NCBI GenBank assembly: GCA_964035545.1
Contig: CAXIUT010000183.1
Coordinates: 1,302,001 to 1,366,000 of the forward strand
Reading direction: 5' to 3'
Origin: Bugula neritina
Lineage: Eukaryota; Animalia; Bryozoa
Length of the DNA: 64,000 nucleotides
Both the position numbers and the translations under genes were made by a program. The notes below the pieces were generated by a model, which saw only the letters and a program-made list of their open reading frames with translations, was not told where the DNA came from and did not search any database. Of this stretch, positions 31,166 through 49,135 are shown piece after piece. How positions within the stretch are numbered: the stretch's first letter is position 1; each line of letters opens with the position of its first letter.

Positions 31166-34100
31166 CGAAATATACTGCAACATACTGAAATACACTGTAA
31201 CATACTGAAATACACTGCTACATACTGAAATATACTGCAACATACTGCAACATACTGAAATACACAGTAACATACTGAAATAAACTGCAACATACTACAA
31301 CATATTGAAATACACTGCAACATATTGAAATATACTGCAACATACCTAAATATACGGTAATATACTGAAATTCACTGTAACGCATTGCAAAATACTGCAA
31401 CATACTGAAATTCACTGCGACACACTGAAATACGCTGCAAAATACTACAACATACTGAAATAAACTGTAACATGTTGAAATACACTGCAACACATTGAAA
31501 AATACTGCAACATACTGAAATATACTGTAACACACTGAAATATACTGCAACATACTGAAATACACTGTAACATACTGAAATATACTGCAACATACTGAAA
31601 TACACTGCTACATACTGAAATATACTGCAACATACTGCAACATACTGCAATACACTGTAAAATACTGAAATACACTGCAACATACTACTACAACATATCG
31701 AAATACACTGCAACACATTGAAATACACTGCAACTTACCGAATATATGGTAAACTACTGAAATATACTGTAACGCATTGAAAAGTACTGCAACATACTGA
31801 AATATATTGCGACACATTGCAATAAACTGTAACATACTGAAAAATGCTGTAGCACACTGAAATACACTGCCATTCACTGAAATATACTGCAACATACTGA
31901 AATACACCGCAACATCCTACAACATACTGAAGTACACTGTAACATATTGAAATACACTGCAACACATTGAAATATACTGCAACATACCGAAATATATCGT
32001 AAACTACTGAAATATACTGTAACACATTGAAAAAAACTGCAACATACTGAAATATACTGTAACAAACCGAATAATACTGCAACATACTGAAATACACTGT
32101 AACATACTGAAATATACTGTAACATACTGAAATACACTGCTACATACTGAAATATGCTGCAACATACTGCAACATACTGAAATAAACTGCAACTTACCGA
32201 ATATATGGTAAACTACTGAAATATACTGTAACGCATTGAAAAATACTGCAACATACTGAAATATATTGCGACACATTGAAATATACTGCAACATACCTAA
32301 ATATACGGTAATATACTGAAATTCACTGTAACGCATTGCAAAATACTGCAACATACTGAAATTCACTGCGACACACTGAAATACGCTGCAAAATACTACA
32401 ACATACTGAAATAAACTGTAACATATTGAAATACACTGCAACACATTGAAAAATACTGCAACATACTGAAATTTACTGTAACACACTGAAATATACTGCA
32501 ACATACTGAAATACACTGTAACATACTGAAATATACTGCAACATACTGAAATACACTGCTACATACTGAAATATACTGCAACATACTGCAACATACTGCA
32601 ATACACTGTAACATACTGAAATACACTGCAACATACTACAACATATTGAAATACACTGCAACACATTGAAATACACTGCAACTTACCGAATATATGGTAA
32701 ACTACTGAAATATACTGTAACGCATTGAAAAATACTGCAACATACTGAAATATATTGCGACACATTGCAATATACTGTAACATACTGAAAAATGCTGTAG
32801 CACACTGAAATATACTGCAATTCACTGAAATATATGGTAAACTACTGAAATATACTGTAACACATTGAAAAATACTGCAACATACTGAAATACACTGTAA
32901 CATACTGAAATAAACTGCAACATACTACAACATATTGAAATACACTGCAACAAATTGAAATATACTGCAACATACCTAAATATACGGTAATATACTGAAA
33001 TTCACTGTAACGCATTGCAAAATACTGCAACATACTGAAATTCACTGCGACACACTGAAATACGCTGCAAAATACTACAACATACTGAAATAAACTGTAA
33101 CATATTGAAATACACTGCAACACATTGAAATATACTGCAACATAACAAAATATATGGTAAACTACTGAAATAGACTTTAACACATTGAAAAATACTGCAA
33201 CATACTGAAATACACTGTAACATACTGAAATATACTGCAACATACTGAAAGACACTGCTACATACTGAAATATACTGCAACGTACTGCAACATACTCCAG
33301 CATACTGAAATACACTGTAACATACTGAAATACACTGCAACATACTACCACATATTGAAATACACTGCAACACATTGAAATGTACTGCAACATACCGAAA
33401 TATATGGTAAACTACTAAAATATACTGTAACACATTGAAAAATACTGCAACATACTGAAATATACTGTAACACATCGAAATATACTGCAACATACTGAAA
33501 TACACTGCAACACATTGAAATATACTGCAACATACCTAAATATACGGTAATATACTGAAATTCACTGTAACGCATTGCAAAATACTGCAACATACTGAAG
33601 TTCACTGCGACACACTGAAATACGCTGCAAAATACTACAACATACTGAAATAAACTGTAACATGTTGAAATACACTGCAACACTTTGAAATATACTGCAA
33701 CATACCGAAATGTATGGTAAACTACTGCAACATACTACAACATACTGAAATACACTGCAACACATTGAAATATACTGCGACATACCTAAATATACGGTAA
33801 TATACTGAAATATACTGTAAAACATTGAAAAACACTGCAACATACTGAAATATACTGTAACACATCGAAATATACTGCAACATACTGAAATACACTGTAA
33901 CATACTGAAATACACTGCTACATACTGAAATATACTGCAACATACTGCAACATACTGAAATACACAGTAACATACTGAAATAAACTGCAACATACTACAA
34001 CATATTGAAATACACTGCAACATATTGAAATATACTGCAACATACCTAAATATACGGTAATATACTGAAATTCACTGTAACGCATTGCAAAATACTGCAA

Positions 34101-37100
34101 CATACTGAAATTCACTGCGACACACTGAAATACGCTGCAAAATATTACAACATACTGAAATAAACTGTAACATGTTGAAATACACTGCAACACATTGAAA
34201 AATACTGCAACATACTGAAATATACTGTAACACACTGAAATATACTGCAACATACTGAAATACACTGTAACATACTGAAATATACTGCAACATACTGAAA
34301 TACACTGCTACATACTGAAATATACTGCAACATACTGCAACATACTGCAATACACTGTAAAATACTGAAATACACTGCAACATACTACTACAACATATCG
34401 AAATACACTGCAACACATTGAAATACACTGCAACTTACCGAATATATGGTAAACTACTGAAATATACTGTAACGCATTGAAAAGTACTGCAACATACTGA
34501 AATATATTGCGACACATTGCAATAAACTGTAACATACTGAAAAATGCTGTAGCACACTGAAATACACTGCCATTCACTGAAATATACTGCAACATACTGA
34601 AATACACCGCAACATCCTACAACATACTGAAGTACACTGTAACATATTGAAATACACTGCAACACATTGAAATATACTGCAACATACCGAAATATATCGT
34701 AAACTACTGAAATATACTGTAACACATTGAAAAAAACTGCAACATACTGAAATATACTGTAACAAACCGAATAATACTGCAACATACTGAAATACACTGT
34801 AACATACTGAAATATACTGTAACATACTGAAATACACTGCTACATACTGAAATATGCTGCAACATACTGCAACATACTGAAATAAACTGCAACTTACCGA
34901 ATATATGGTAAACTACTGAAATATACTGTAATGCATTGAAAAATACTGCAACATACTGAAATATATTGCGACACATTGAAATATACTGCAACATACCTAA
35001 ATATACGGTAATATACTGAAATTCACTGTAACGCATTGCAAAATACTGCAACATACTGAAATTCACTGCGACACACTGAAATACGCTGCAAAATACTACA
35101 ACATACTGAAATAAACTGTAACATATTGAAATACACTGCAACACATTGAAAAATACTGCAACATACTGAAATTTACTGTAACACACTGAAATATACTGCA
35201 ACATACTGAAATACACTGTAACATACTGAAATATACTGCAACATACTGAAATACACTGCTACATACTGAAATATACTGCAACATACTGCAACATACTGCA
35301 ATACACTGTAACATACTGAAATACACTGCAACATACTACAACATATTGAAATACACTGCAACACATTGAAATACACTGCAACTTACCGAATATAGGGTAA
35401 ACTACTGAAATATACTGTAACGCATTGAAAAATACTGCAACATACTGAAATATATTGCGACACATTGCAATATACTGTAACATACTGAAAAATGCTGTAG
35501 CACACTGAAATATACTGCAATTCACTGAAATATATGGTAAACTACTGAAATATACTGTAACACATTGAAAAATACTGCAACATACTGAAATACACTGTAA
35601 CATACTGAAATAAACTGCAACATACTACAACATATTGAAATACACTGCAACAAATTGAAATATACTGCAACATACCTAAATATACGGTAATATACTGAAA
35701 TTCACTGTAACGCATTGCAAAATACTGCAACATACTGAAATTCACTGCGACACACTGAAATACGCTGCAAAATACTACAACATACTGAAATAAACTGTAA
35801 CATATTGAAATACACTGCAACACATTGAAATATACTGCAACATAACAAAATATATGGTAAACTACTGAAATAGACTTTAACACATTGAAAAATACTGCAA
35901 CATACTGAAATACACTGTAACATACTGAAATATACTGCAACATACTGAAAGACACTGCTACATACTGAAATATACTGCAACGTACTGCAACATACTCCAG
36001 CATACTGAAATACACTGTAACATACTGAAATACACTGCAACATACTACCACATATTGAAATACACTGCAACACATTGAAATGTACTGCAACATACCGAAA
36101 TATATGGTAAACTACTAAAATATACTGTAACACATTGAAAAATACTGCAACATACTGAAATATACTGTAACACATCGAAATATACTGCAACATACTGAAA
36201 TACACTGCAACACATTGAAATATACTGCAACATACCTAAATATACGGTAATATACTGAAATTCACTGTAACGCATTGCAAAATACTGCAACATACTGAAG
36301 TTCACTGCGACACACTGAAATACGCTGCAAAATACTACAACATACTGAAATAAACTGTAACATGTTGAAATACACTGCAACACTTTGAAATATACTGCAA
36401 CATACCGAAATGTATGGTAAACTACTGCAACATACTACAACATACTGAAATACACTGCAACACATTGAAATATACTGCGACATACCTAAATATACGGTAA
36501 TATACTGAAATATACTGTAAAACATTGAAAAACACTGCAACATACTGAAATATACTGTAACACATCGAAATATACTGCAACATACTGAAATACACTGTAA
36601 CATACTGAAATACACTGCTACATACTGAAATATACTGCAACATACTGCAACATACTGAAATACACAGTAACATACTGAAATAAACTGCAACATACTACAA
36701 CATATTGAAATACACTGCAACATATTGAAATATACTGCAACATACCTAAATATACGGTAATATACTGAAATTCACTGTAACGCATTGCAAAATACTGCAA
36801 CATACTGAAATTCACTGCGACACACTGAAATACGCTGCAAAATATTACAACATACTGAAATAAACTGTAACATGTTGAAATACACTGCAACACATTGAAA
36901 AATACTGCAACATACTGAAATATACTGTAACACACTGAAATATACTGCAACATACTGAAATACACTGTAACATACTGAAATATACTGCAACATACTGAAA
37001 TACACTGCTACATACTGAAATATACTGCAACATACTGCAACATACTGCAATACACTGTAAAATACTGAAATACACTGCAACATACTACTACAACATATCG

Positions 37101-39300
37101 AAATACACTGCAACACATTGAAATACACTGCAACTTACCGAATATATGGTAAACTACTGAAATATACTGTAACGCATTGAAAAGTACTGCAACATACTGA
37201 AATATATTGCGACACATTGCAATAAACTGTAACATACTGAAAAATGCTGTAGCACACTGAAATACACTGCCATTCACTGAAATATACTGCAACATACTGA
37301 AATACACCGCAACATCCTACAACATACTGAAGTACACTGTAACATATTGAAATACACTGCAACACATTGAAATATACTGCAACATACCGAAATATATCGT
37401 AAACTACTGAAATATACTGTAACACATTGAAAAAAACTGCAACATACTGAAATATACTGTAACAAACCGAATAATACTGCAACATACTGAAATACACTGT
37501 AACATACTGAAATATACTGTAACATACTGAAATACACTGCTACATACTGAAATATGCTGCAACATACTGCAACATACTGAAATAAACTGCAACTTACCGA
37601 ATATATGGTAAACTACTGAAATATACTGTAATGCATTGAAAAATACTGCAACATACTGAAATATATTGCGACACATTGAAATATACTGCAACATACCTAA
37701 ATATACGGTAATATACTGAAATTCACTGTAACGCATTGCAAAATACTGCAACATACTGAAATTCACTGCGACACACTGAAATACGCTGCAAAATACTACA
37801 ACATACTGAAATAAACTGTAACATATTGAAATACACTGCAACACATTGAAAAATACTGCAACATACTGAAATTTACTGTAACACACTGAAATATACTGCA
37901 ACATACTGAAATACACTGTAACATACTGAAATATACTGCAACATACTGAAATACACTGCTACATACTGAAATATACTGCAACATACTGCAACATACTGCA
38001 ATACACTGTAACATACTGAAATACACTGCAACATACTACAACATATTGAAATACACTGCAACACATTGAAATACACTGCAACTTACCGAATATAGGGTAA
38101 ACTACTGAAATATACTGTAACGCATTGAAAAATACTGCAACATACTGAAATATATTGCGACACATTGCAATATACTGTAACATACTGAAAAATGCTGTAG
38201 CACACTGAAATATACTGCAATTCACTGAAATATATGGTAAACTACTGAAATATACTGTAACACATTGAAAAATACTGCAACATACTGAAATACACTGTAA
38301 CATACTGAAATAAACTGCAACATACTACAACATATTGAAATACACTGCAACAAATTGAAATATACTGCAACATACCTAAATATACGGTAATATACTGAAA
38401 TTCACTGTAACGCATTGCAAAATACTGCAACATACTGAAATTCACTGCGACACACTGAAATACGCTGCAAAATACTACAACATACTGAAATAAACTGTAA
38501 CATATTGAAATACACTGTAACATACTGAAATATACTGCAACACACTGAAATACACTGCTACATACTGAAATATACTGCAACGTACTGCAACATACTCCAG
38601 CATACTGAAATACACTGTAACATACTGAAATACACTGCAACATACTACCACATATTGAAATACACTGCAACACATTGAAATGTACTGCAACATACCGAAA
38701 TATATGGTAAACTACTAAAATATACTGTAACACATTGAAAAATACTGCAACATACTGAAATATACTGTAACACATCGAAATATACTGCAACATACTGAAA
38801 TACACTGCAACACATTGAAATATACTGCAACATACCTAAATATACGGTAATATACTGAAATTCACTGTAACGCATTGCAAAATACTGCAACATACTGAAA
38901 TTCACTGCGACACACTGAAATACGCTGCAAAATACTACAACATACTGAAATAAACTGTAACATGTTGAAATACACTGCAACACTTTGAAATATACTGCAA
39001 CATACCGAAATGTATGGTAAACTACTGCAACATACTACAACATACTGAAATACACTGCAACACATTGAAATATACTGCGACATACCTAAATATACGGTAA
39101 TATACTGAAATATACTGTAAAACATTGAAAAACACTGCAACATACTGAAATATACTGTAACACATCGAAATATACTGCAACATACTGAAATACACTGTAA
39201 CATACTGAAATACACTGCTACATACTGAAATATACTGCAACATACTGCAACATACTGAAATACACAGTAACATACTGAAATAAACTGCAACATACTACAA
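31166..39300. repeat. Higher-order repeat, 2700-bp period, 3 copies (third has a 100-bp deletion near 38510)
   Basis: Offsets 31218/33918/36618 and 32842/35542/38242 equal 2700; 36045/38645 equals 2600. Marker AACAAACCGAATAATAC at 32061, 34761 and 37461. Confidence 0.92.
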
Positions 39301-42070
39301 CATATTGAAATACACTGCAACACATTGAAATATACTGCAACATACCTAAATATACGGTAATATACTGAAATTCACTGTAACGCATTGCAAAATACTGCAA
39401 CATACTGAAATTCACTGCGACACACTGAAATACGCTGCAAAATACTACAACATACTGAAATAAACTGTAACATGTTGAAATACACTGCAACACATTGAAA
39501 AATACTGCAACATACTGAAATATACTGTAACACACTGAAATATACTGCAACATACTGAAATACACTGTAACATACTGAAATATACTGCAACATACTGAAA
39601 TACACTGCTACATACTGAAATATACTGCAACATACTGCAACATACTGCAATACACTGTAAAATACTGAAATACACTGCAACATACTACAACATATTGAAA
39701 TACACTGCAACACATTGAAATACACTGCAACTTATCGAATATATGGAAAACTACTGAAATATACTGTAACGCATTGAAAAAGACTGCAACATACTGAAAT
39801 ATATTGCGACACATTGCAATATACTGTAATATACTGAAAAATGCTGTATCACACTGAAATATACTGCAATTCGCTGAAATATACTGCAACATACTGAAAT
39901 ACACCGCAACATCCTACAACATACTAAAATACACTGTAACATTTCGAAATACACTGCAACACATTGAATTATACTGCAACATAACGAAATATATGGTAAA
40001 CTACTGAAATATATTTTAACAAATTGAAAAATACTGCAACATACTGAAATATACTGTAACACACTGAAGTATACTGCAACATACTGAAATACACTGTAAC
40101 ATACTGAAATATACTGCAACATACTGAAATACACTGCTACATACTGAAACATACTGCAACGTACTGCAACATACTGCAGCATACTGAAATACACTGTAAC
40201 ATATTGAAATACACTGCAACAAATTGAAATATACTGCAACATACCTAAATATACGGTAATATACTGAAATTCACTGTAACGCATTGCAAAATACTGCAAC
40301 ATACTGAAATTCACTGCGACACACTGAAATACGCTGCAAAATACTACAACATACTGAAATAAACTGTAACATATTGAAATACACTGTAACATACTGAAAT
40401 ATACTGCAACATACTGAAATACACTGCTACATACTGAAATATACTGCAACGTACTGCAACATACTCCAGCATACTGAAATACACTGTAACATACTGAAAT
40501 ACACTGCAACATACTACCACATACTGAAATACACTGCAACACATTGAAATGTACTGCAACATACCGAAATATATGGTAAACTACTAAAATATACTGTAAC
40601 ACATTGAAAAATACTGCAACATACTGAAATATACTGTAACACATCGAAATATACTGCAACATACTGAAATACACTGCAACACATTGAAATATACTGCAAC
40701 ATACCTAAATATACGGTAATATACTGAAATTCACTGTAACGCATTGCAAAATACTGCAACATACTGAAATTCACTGCGACACACTGAAATACGCTGCAAA
40801 ATACTACAACATACTGAAATAAACTGTAACATGTTGAAATACACTGCAACACTTTGAAATATACTGCAACATACCGAAATGTATGGTAAACTACTGCAAC
40901 ATACTACAACATACTGAAATACACTGCAACACATTGAAATATACTGCGACATACCTAAATATACGGTAATATACTGAAATATACTGTAAAACATTGAAAA
41001 ACACTGCAACATACTGAAATATACTGTAACACATCGAAATATACTGCAACATACTGAAATACACTGTAACATACTGAAATACACTGCTACATACTGAAAT
41101 ATACTGCAACATACTGCAACATACTGAAATACACAGTAACATACTGAAATAAACTGCAACATACTACAACATATTGAAATACACTGCAACACATTGAAAT
41201 ATACTGCAACATACCTAAATATACGGTAATATACTGAAATTCACTGTAACGCATTGCAAAATACTGCAACATACTGAAATTCACTGCGACACACTGAAAT
41301 ACGCTGCAAAATACTACAACATACTGAAATAAACTGTAACATGTTGAAATACACTGCAACACATTGAAAAATACTGCAACATACTGAAATATACTGTAAC
41401 ACACTGAAATATACTGCAACATACTGAAATACACTGTAACATACTGAAATATACTGCAACATACTGAAATACACTGCTACATACTGAAATATACTGCAAC
41501 ATACTGCAACATACTGCAATACACTGTAAAATACTGAAATACACTGCAACATACTACAACATATTGAAATACACTGCAACACATTGAAATACACTGCAAC
41601 TTATCGAATATATGGAAAACTACTGAAATATACTGTAACGCATTGAAAAAGACTGCAACATACTGAAATATATTGCGACACATTGCAATATACTGTAATA
41701 TACTGAAAAATGCTGTATCACACTGAAATATACTGCAATTCGCTGAAATATACTGCAACATACTGAAATACACCGCAACATCCTACAACATACTAAAATA
41801 CACTGTAACATTTCGAAATACACTGCAACACATTGAATTATACTGCAACATAACGAAATATATGGTAAACTACTGAAATATATTTTAACAAATTGAAAAA
41901 TACTGCAACATACTGAAATATACTGTAACACACTGAAGTATACTGCAACATACTGAAATACACTGTAACATACTGAAATATACTGCAACATACTGAAATA
42001 CACTGCTACATACTGAAACATACTGCAACGTACTGCAACATACTGCAGCATACTGAAATACACTGTAACA
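38330..42070. repeat. Higher-order tandem duplication, 1869-bp period, 2 copies
   Basis: Offsets 38475/40344, 39218/41087 and 39751/41620 equal 1869; junction near 40200. Confidence 0.9.
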
Positions 42071-45000
42071 TACTGAAATACACTGCAACATACTACCACA
42101 TATTGAAATACACTGCAACACATGGAAATGTACTGCAACATACCGAAATATATGGTAAACTACTAAAATATACTGTAACACATTGAAAAATACTGCAACA
42201 TACTGAAATATACTGCGACACCTAGCAATATACTGTAACATACTGAAATATGCTCTAGCACACTGAAATACAATGCAACTTACTGAAATATACTGCAACA
42301 TACTGAAATACACTGCAACATCCTACAATATGCTGAAATACACAGTAACATATTGAAATACACTGCAACATATTGAAATATACTGCAACACATTGAAATA
42401 TACTGCGACATACCTAAATATACGGTAATATACTGAAATATACTGTAACACATTGAAAAATACTGCAACATACTGAAATATACTGTAACACACCGAAATA
42501 TACTGCAACATACTGAAATACACTGTAACATACTGAAATACACTGCTACATACTGAAATATACTGCAACATACTGCAACATACTGAAATACACAGTAACA
42601 TACTGAAATAAACTGCAACATACTGAAATACACTGCTACATACTGAAATATGCTGCAACATACTGCAACATACTGAAATAAACTGCAACATACTACAACA
42701 TATTGAAATACACTGCAACACATTGAAATATACTGCATCATACCTAAATATACGGTAATATACTGAAATTCACTGTAACGCATTGCAAAATACTGCAACA
42801 TACTGAAATTCACTGCGACACACTGAAATACGCTGCAAAATACTACAACATACTGAAATAAACTGTAACATATTGAAATACACTGCAACACATTGAAAAA
42901 TACTGCAACATACTGAAATTTACTGTAACACACTGAAATATACTGCAACATACTGAAATACACTGTAACATACTGAAATATATTGCAACATACTGAAATA
43001 CACTGCTACATACTGAAATATACTGCAACATACTGCAACATACTGCAATACACTGTAACATACTGAAATACACTGCAACATACTACAACATATTGAAATA
43101 CACTGCAACACATTGAAATACACTGCAACTTACCGAATATATGGTAAACTACTGAAATATACTGTAACGCATTGAAAAATACTGCAACATACTGAAATAT
43201 ATTGCGACACATTGCAATATACTGTAACATACTGAAAAATGCTGTAGCACACTGAAATATACTGCAATTCACTGAAATATACTGCAACATACTGAAATAC
43301 ACCGCAACATCCTACAACATACTGAAATACTTTGTAACATATTGAAATACACTGCAACACATTGAAATATACTGCAACATAACGAAATATATGGTAAACT
43401 AATGAAATATATTTTAACACATTGAAAAATACTGCAACATACTGAAATATATTTTAACACATTGAAAAATACTGCAACATACTGAAATACACTGCAACAC
43501 ATTGAAATATACTGCAACATACCGAAATATATGGTAAACTACTGAAATATACTGTAACACATTGAAAAATACTGCAACATACTGAAATACACTGTAACAT
43601 ACTGAAATAAACTGCAACATACTACAACATATTGAAATACACTGCAACAAATTGAAATATACTGCAACATACCTAAATATACGGTAATATACTGAAATTC
43701 ACTGTAACGCATTGCAAAATACTGCAACATACTGAAATTCACTGCGACACACTGAAATACGCTGCAAAATACTACAACATACTGAAATAAACTGTAACAT
43801 ATTGAAATACACTGCAACACATTGAAATATACTGCAACATAACAAAATATATGGTAAACTACTGAAATAGACTTTAACACATTGAAAAATACTGCAACAT
43901 ACTGAAATACACTGTAACATACTGAAATATACTGCAACATACTGAAATACACTGCTACATACTGAAATATACTGCAACGTACTGCAACATACTCCAGCAT
44001 ACTGAAATACACTGTAACATACTGAAATACACTGTAACATAATGAAGTACACTGCAACACATTGAAATATACTGCAACATGCCAAAATATATGGTAAACA
44101 ACTGAAATATACTTTAACACATTGAAAAATACTGCAACATACTGAAATATACTGCGACACTTTGCAATATACTGTAACATACCGAAATATGCTCTAGCAC
44201 ACTGAAATACACTGCAACTCACTGAAATATACTGCAACATACTGAAATACACTGTGACATCCTGAAATATACTGCAACATTCTGAAATACACTGCTACAT
44301 ACTGAAATATACTGCAACATACTGCAACATACTGAAATACACTGCAACATACTACAACATACTGAAATACGCTGCAACACATTGAAATATACTGCAACAT
44401 ACCTAAATATACGGTAATATACCGAAATATACTGTAACGCATTGCAAAATAATGCAACATACTGAAATACACTGCGACACACTGAAATACGCTGCAAAAT
44501 ACTACAACATACTGAAATAAACTGTAACACATTGAAATACACTGCAAAACATTGAAAAATAATGCAATATACTGAAATATACTGTAACACACTGAAATAT
44601 ACTGCAACATACTGAAATACACTGTAACATACTGAAATATACTGTAACATACTGCAACATACTGAAATACACTGTAACATACTGAGATACACTGCCGCAT
44701 ACTGCAACATATTGACCTACACTGCAACACATTGAAATATATTGCAACTTATCGAATATATGGAAAACTACTGAAATTTACTGTAACGCATTGAAAAAGA
44801 CTGCAACATACTGAAATATATTGCGACACATTGCAATATACTGTTATATACTGAAAAATGCTGTATCACACTGAAATATACTGCAATTCGCTGAAATATA
44901 CTGCAACATACTGAAATACACCGCAACATCCTACAACATACTAAAATACACTGTAACATTTCGAAATACACTGCAAAACATTGAATTATACTGCAACATA

Positions 45001-48000
45001 ACGAAATATATGGTAAACTACTGAAATATATTTTAACAAATTGAAAAATACTGCAACATACTGAAATATACTGTAGCACACTGAAGTATACTGCAACATA
45101 CTGAAATACACTGTAACATACTGAAATATACTGCAACATACTGAAATACACTGCTACATACTGAAATATACTGCAACGTACTGCAACATACTGCAGCATA
45201 CTGAAATACACTGCGACACACTGAAATACGCTGCAAAATACTACAACATACTGAAATAAACTGTAACATGTTGAAATACACTGCAACACATTGAAAAATA
45301 CTGCAACATACTGAAATATACTGTAACACACTGAAATATACTGCAACATACTGAAATACACTGTAACATACTGAAATATACTGCAACATACTGAAATACA
45401 CTGCTACATACTGAAATATACTGCAACATACTGCAACATACTGCAATACACTGTAAAATACTGAAATACACTGCAACATACTACAACATATTGAAATACA
45501 CTGCAACACATTGAAATACACTGCAACTTATCGAATATATGGAAAACTACTGAAATATACTGTAACGCATTGAAAAAGACTGCAACATACTGAAATATAT
45601 TGCGACACATTGCAATATACTGTAATATACTGAAAAATGCTGTATCACACTGAAATATACTGCAATTCGCTGAAATATACTGCAACATACTGAAATACAC
45701 CGCAACATCCTACAACATACTAAAATACACTGTAACATTTCGAAATACACTGCAACACATTGAATTATACTGCAACATAACGAAATATATGGTAAACTAC
45801 TGAAATATATTTTAACAAATTGAAAAATACTGCAACATACTGAAATATACTGTAACACACTGAAGTATACTGCAACATACTGAAATACACTGTAACATAC
45901 TGAAATATACTGCAACATACTGAAATACACTGCTACATACTGAAACATACTGCAACGTACTGCAACATACTGCAGCATACTGAAATACACTGTAACATAC
46001 TGAAATACACTGCAACATACTACCACATATTGAAATACACTGCAACACATTGAAATGTACTGCAACATACCGAAATATATGGTAAACTACTAAAATATAC
46101 TGTAACACATTGAAAAATACTGCAACATACTGAAGTATACTGCGACACCTAGCAATATACTGTAACATACTGAAATATGCTCTAGCACACTGAAATACAA
46201 TGCAACTTACTGAAATATACTGCAACATACTGAAATACACTGCAACATCCTACAATATGCTGAAATACACAGTAACATATTGAAATACACTGCAACATAT
46301 TGAAATATACTGCAACACATTGAAATATACTGCGACATACCTAAATATACGGTAATATACTGAAATATACTGTAACACATTGAAAAATACTGCAACATAC
46401 TGAAATATACTGTAACACACCGAAATATACTGCAACATACTGAAATACACTGTAACATACTGAAATACACTGCTACATACTGAAATATACTGCAACATAC
46501 TGCAACATACTGAAATACACAGTAACATACTGAAATAAACTGCAACATACTGAAATACACTGCTACATACTGAAATATGCTGCAACATACTGCAACATAC
46601 TGAAATAAACTGCAACATACTACAACATATTGAAATACACTGCAACACATTGAAATATACTGCATCATACCTAAATATACGGTAATATACTGAAATTCAC
46701 TGTAACGCATTGCAAAATACTGCAACATACTGAAATTCACTGCGACACACTGAAATACGCTGCAAAATACTACAACATACTGAAATAAACTGTAACATAT
46801 TGAAATATACTGCAACACATTGAAAAATACTGCAATATACTGAAATTTACTGTAACACACTGAAATATACTGCAACATACTGAAATACACTGTAACATAC
46901 TGAAATATACTGCAACATACTGAAATACACTGCTACATACTGAAATATACTGCAACATACTGCAACATACTGCAATACACTGTAACATACTGAAATACAC
47001 TGCAACATACTACAACATATTGAAATACACTGCAACACATTGAAATACACTGCAACTTACCGAATATATGGTAAACTACTGAAATATACTGTAACGCATT
47101 GAAAAATACTGCAACATACTGAAATATATTGCGACACATTGCAATATACTGTAACATACTGAAAAATGCTGTAGCACACTGAAATATACTGCAATTCACT
47201 GAAATATACTGCAACATACTGAAATACACCGCAACATCCTACAACATACTGAAATACTTTGTAACATATTGAAATACACTGCAACACATTGAAATATACT
47301 GCAACATAACGAAATATATGGTAAACTAATGAAATATATTTTAACACATTGAAAAATACTGCAACATACTGAAATATATTTTAACACATTGAAAAATACT
47401 GCAACATACTGAAATACACTGCAACACATTGAAATATACTGCAACATACCGAAATATATGGTAAACTACTGAAATATACTGTAACACATTGAAAAATACT
47501 GCAACATACTGAAATACACTGTAACATACTGAAATAAACTGCAACATACTACAACATATTGAAATACACTGCAACAAATTGAAATATACTGCAACATACC
47601 TAAATATACGGTAATATACTGAAATTCACTGTAACGCATTGCAAAATACTGCAACATACTGAAATTCACTGCGACACACTGAAATACGCTGCAAAATACT
47701 ACAACATACTGAAATAAACTGTAACATATTGAAATACACTGCAACACATTGAAATATACTGCAACATAACAAAATATATGGTAAACTACTGAAATAGACT
47801 TTAACACATTGAAAAATACTGCAACATACTGAAATACACTGTAACATACTGAAATATACTGCAACATACTGAAATACACTGCTACATACTGAAATATACT
47901 GCAACGTACTGCAACATACTCCAGCATACTGAAATACACTGTAACATACTGAAATACACTGTAACATAATGAAGTACACTGCAACACATTGAAATATACT

Positions 48001-49135
48001 GCAACATGCCAAAATATATGGTAAACAACTGAAATATACTTTAACACATTGAAAAATACTGCAACATACTGAAGTATACTGCGACACTTTGCAATATACT
48101 GTAACATACCGAAATATGCTCTAGCACACTGAAATACACTGCAACTCACTGAAATATACTGCAACATACTGAAATACACTGTGACATCCTGAAATATACT
48201 GCAACATTCTGAAATACACTGCTACATACTGAAATATACTGCAACATACTGCAACATACTGAAATACACTGCAACATACTACAACATACTGAAATACGCT
48301 GCAACACATTGAAATATACTGCAACATACCTAAATATACGGTAATATACCGAAATATACTGTAACGCATTGCAAAATAATGCAACATACTGAAATACACT
48401 GCGACACACTGAAATACGCTGCAAAATACTACAACATACTGAAATAAACTGTAACACATTGAAATACACTGCAAAACATTGAAAAATAATGCAATATACT
48501 GAAATATACTGTAACACACTGAAATATACTGCAACATACTGAAATACACTGTAACATACTGAAATATACTGTAACATACTGCAACATACTGAAATACACT
48601 GTAACATACTGAGATACACTGCCGCATACTGCACCATATTGACCTACACTGCAACACATTGAAATATATTGCAACTTATCGAATATATGGAAAACTACTG
48701 AAATTTACTGTAACGCATTGAAAAAGACTGCAACATACTGAATATATTGCGACACATTGCAATATACTGTAATATACTGAAAAATGCTGTATCACACTGA
48801 AATATACTGCAATTCGCTGAAATATACTGCAACATACTGAAATACACCGCAACATCCTACAACATACTAAAATACACTGTAACATTTTGAAATACACTGC
48901 AACACATTGAATTATACTGCAACATAACGAAATATATGGTAAACTACTGAAATATATTTTAACAAATTGAAAAATACTGCAACATACTGAAATATACTGT
49001 AGCACACTGAAGTATACTGCAACATACTGAAATACACTGTAACATACTGAAATATACTGCAACATACTGAAATACACTGCTACATACTGAAATATACTGC
49101 AACGTACTGCAACATACTGCAGCATACTGAAATAC
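41282..49135. repeat. Higher-order tandem duplication, 3927-bp period, 2 copies (equivalent 3917-bp repeat partly visible at 1-4888)
   Basis: Offsets 41620/45547, 42280/46207 and 44502/48429 equal 3927; 265/4182 equals 3917; junction near 45210. Confidence 0.9.
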
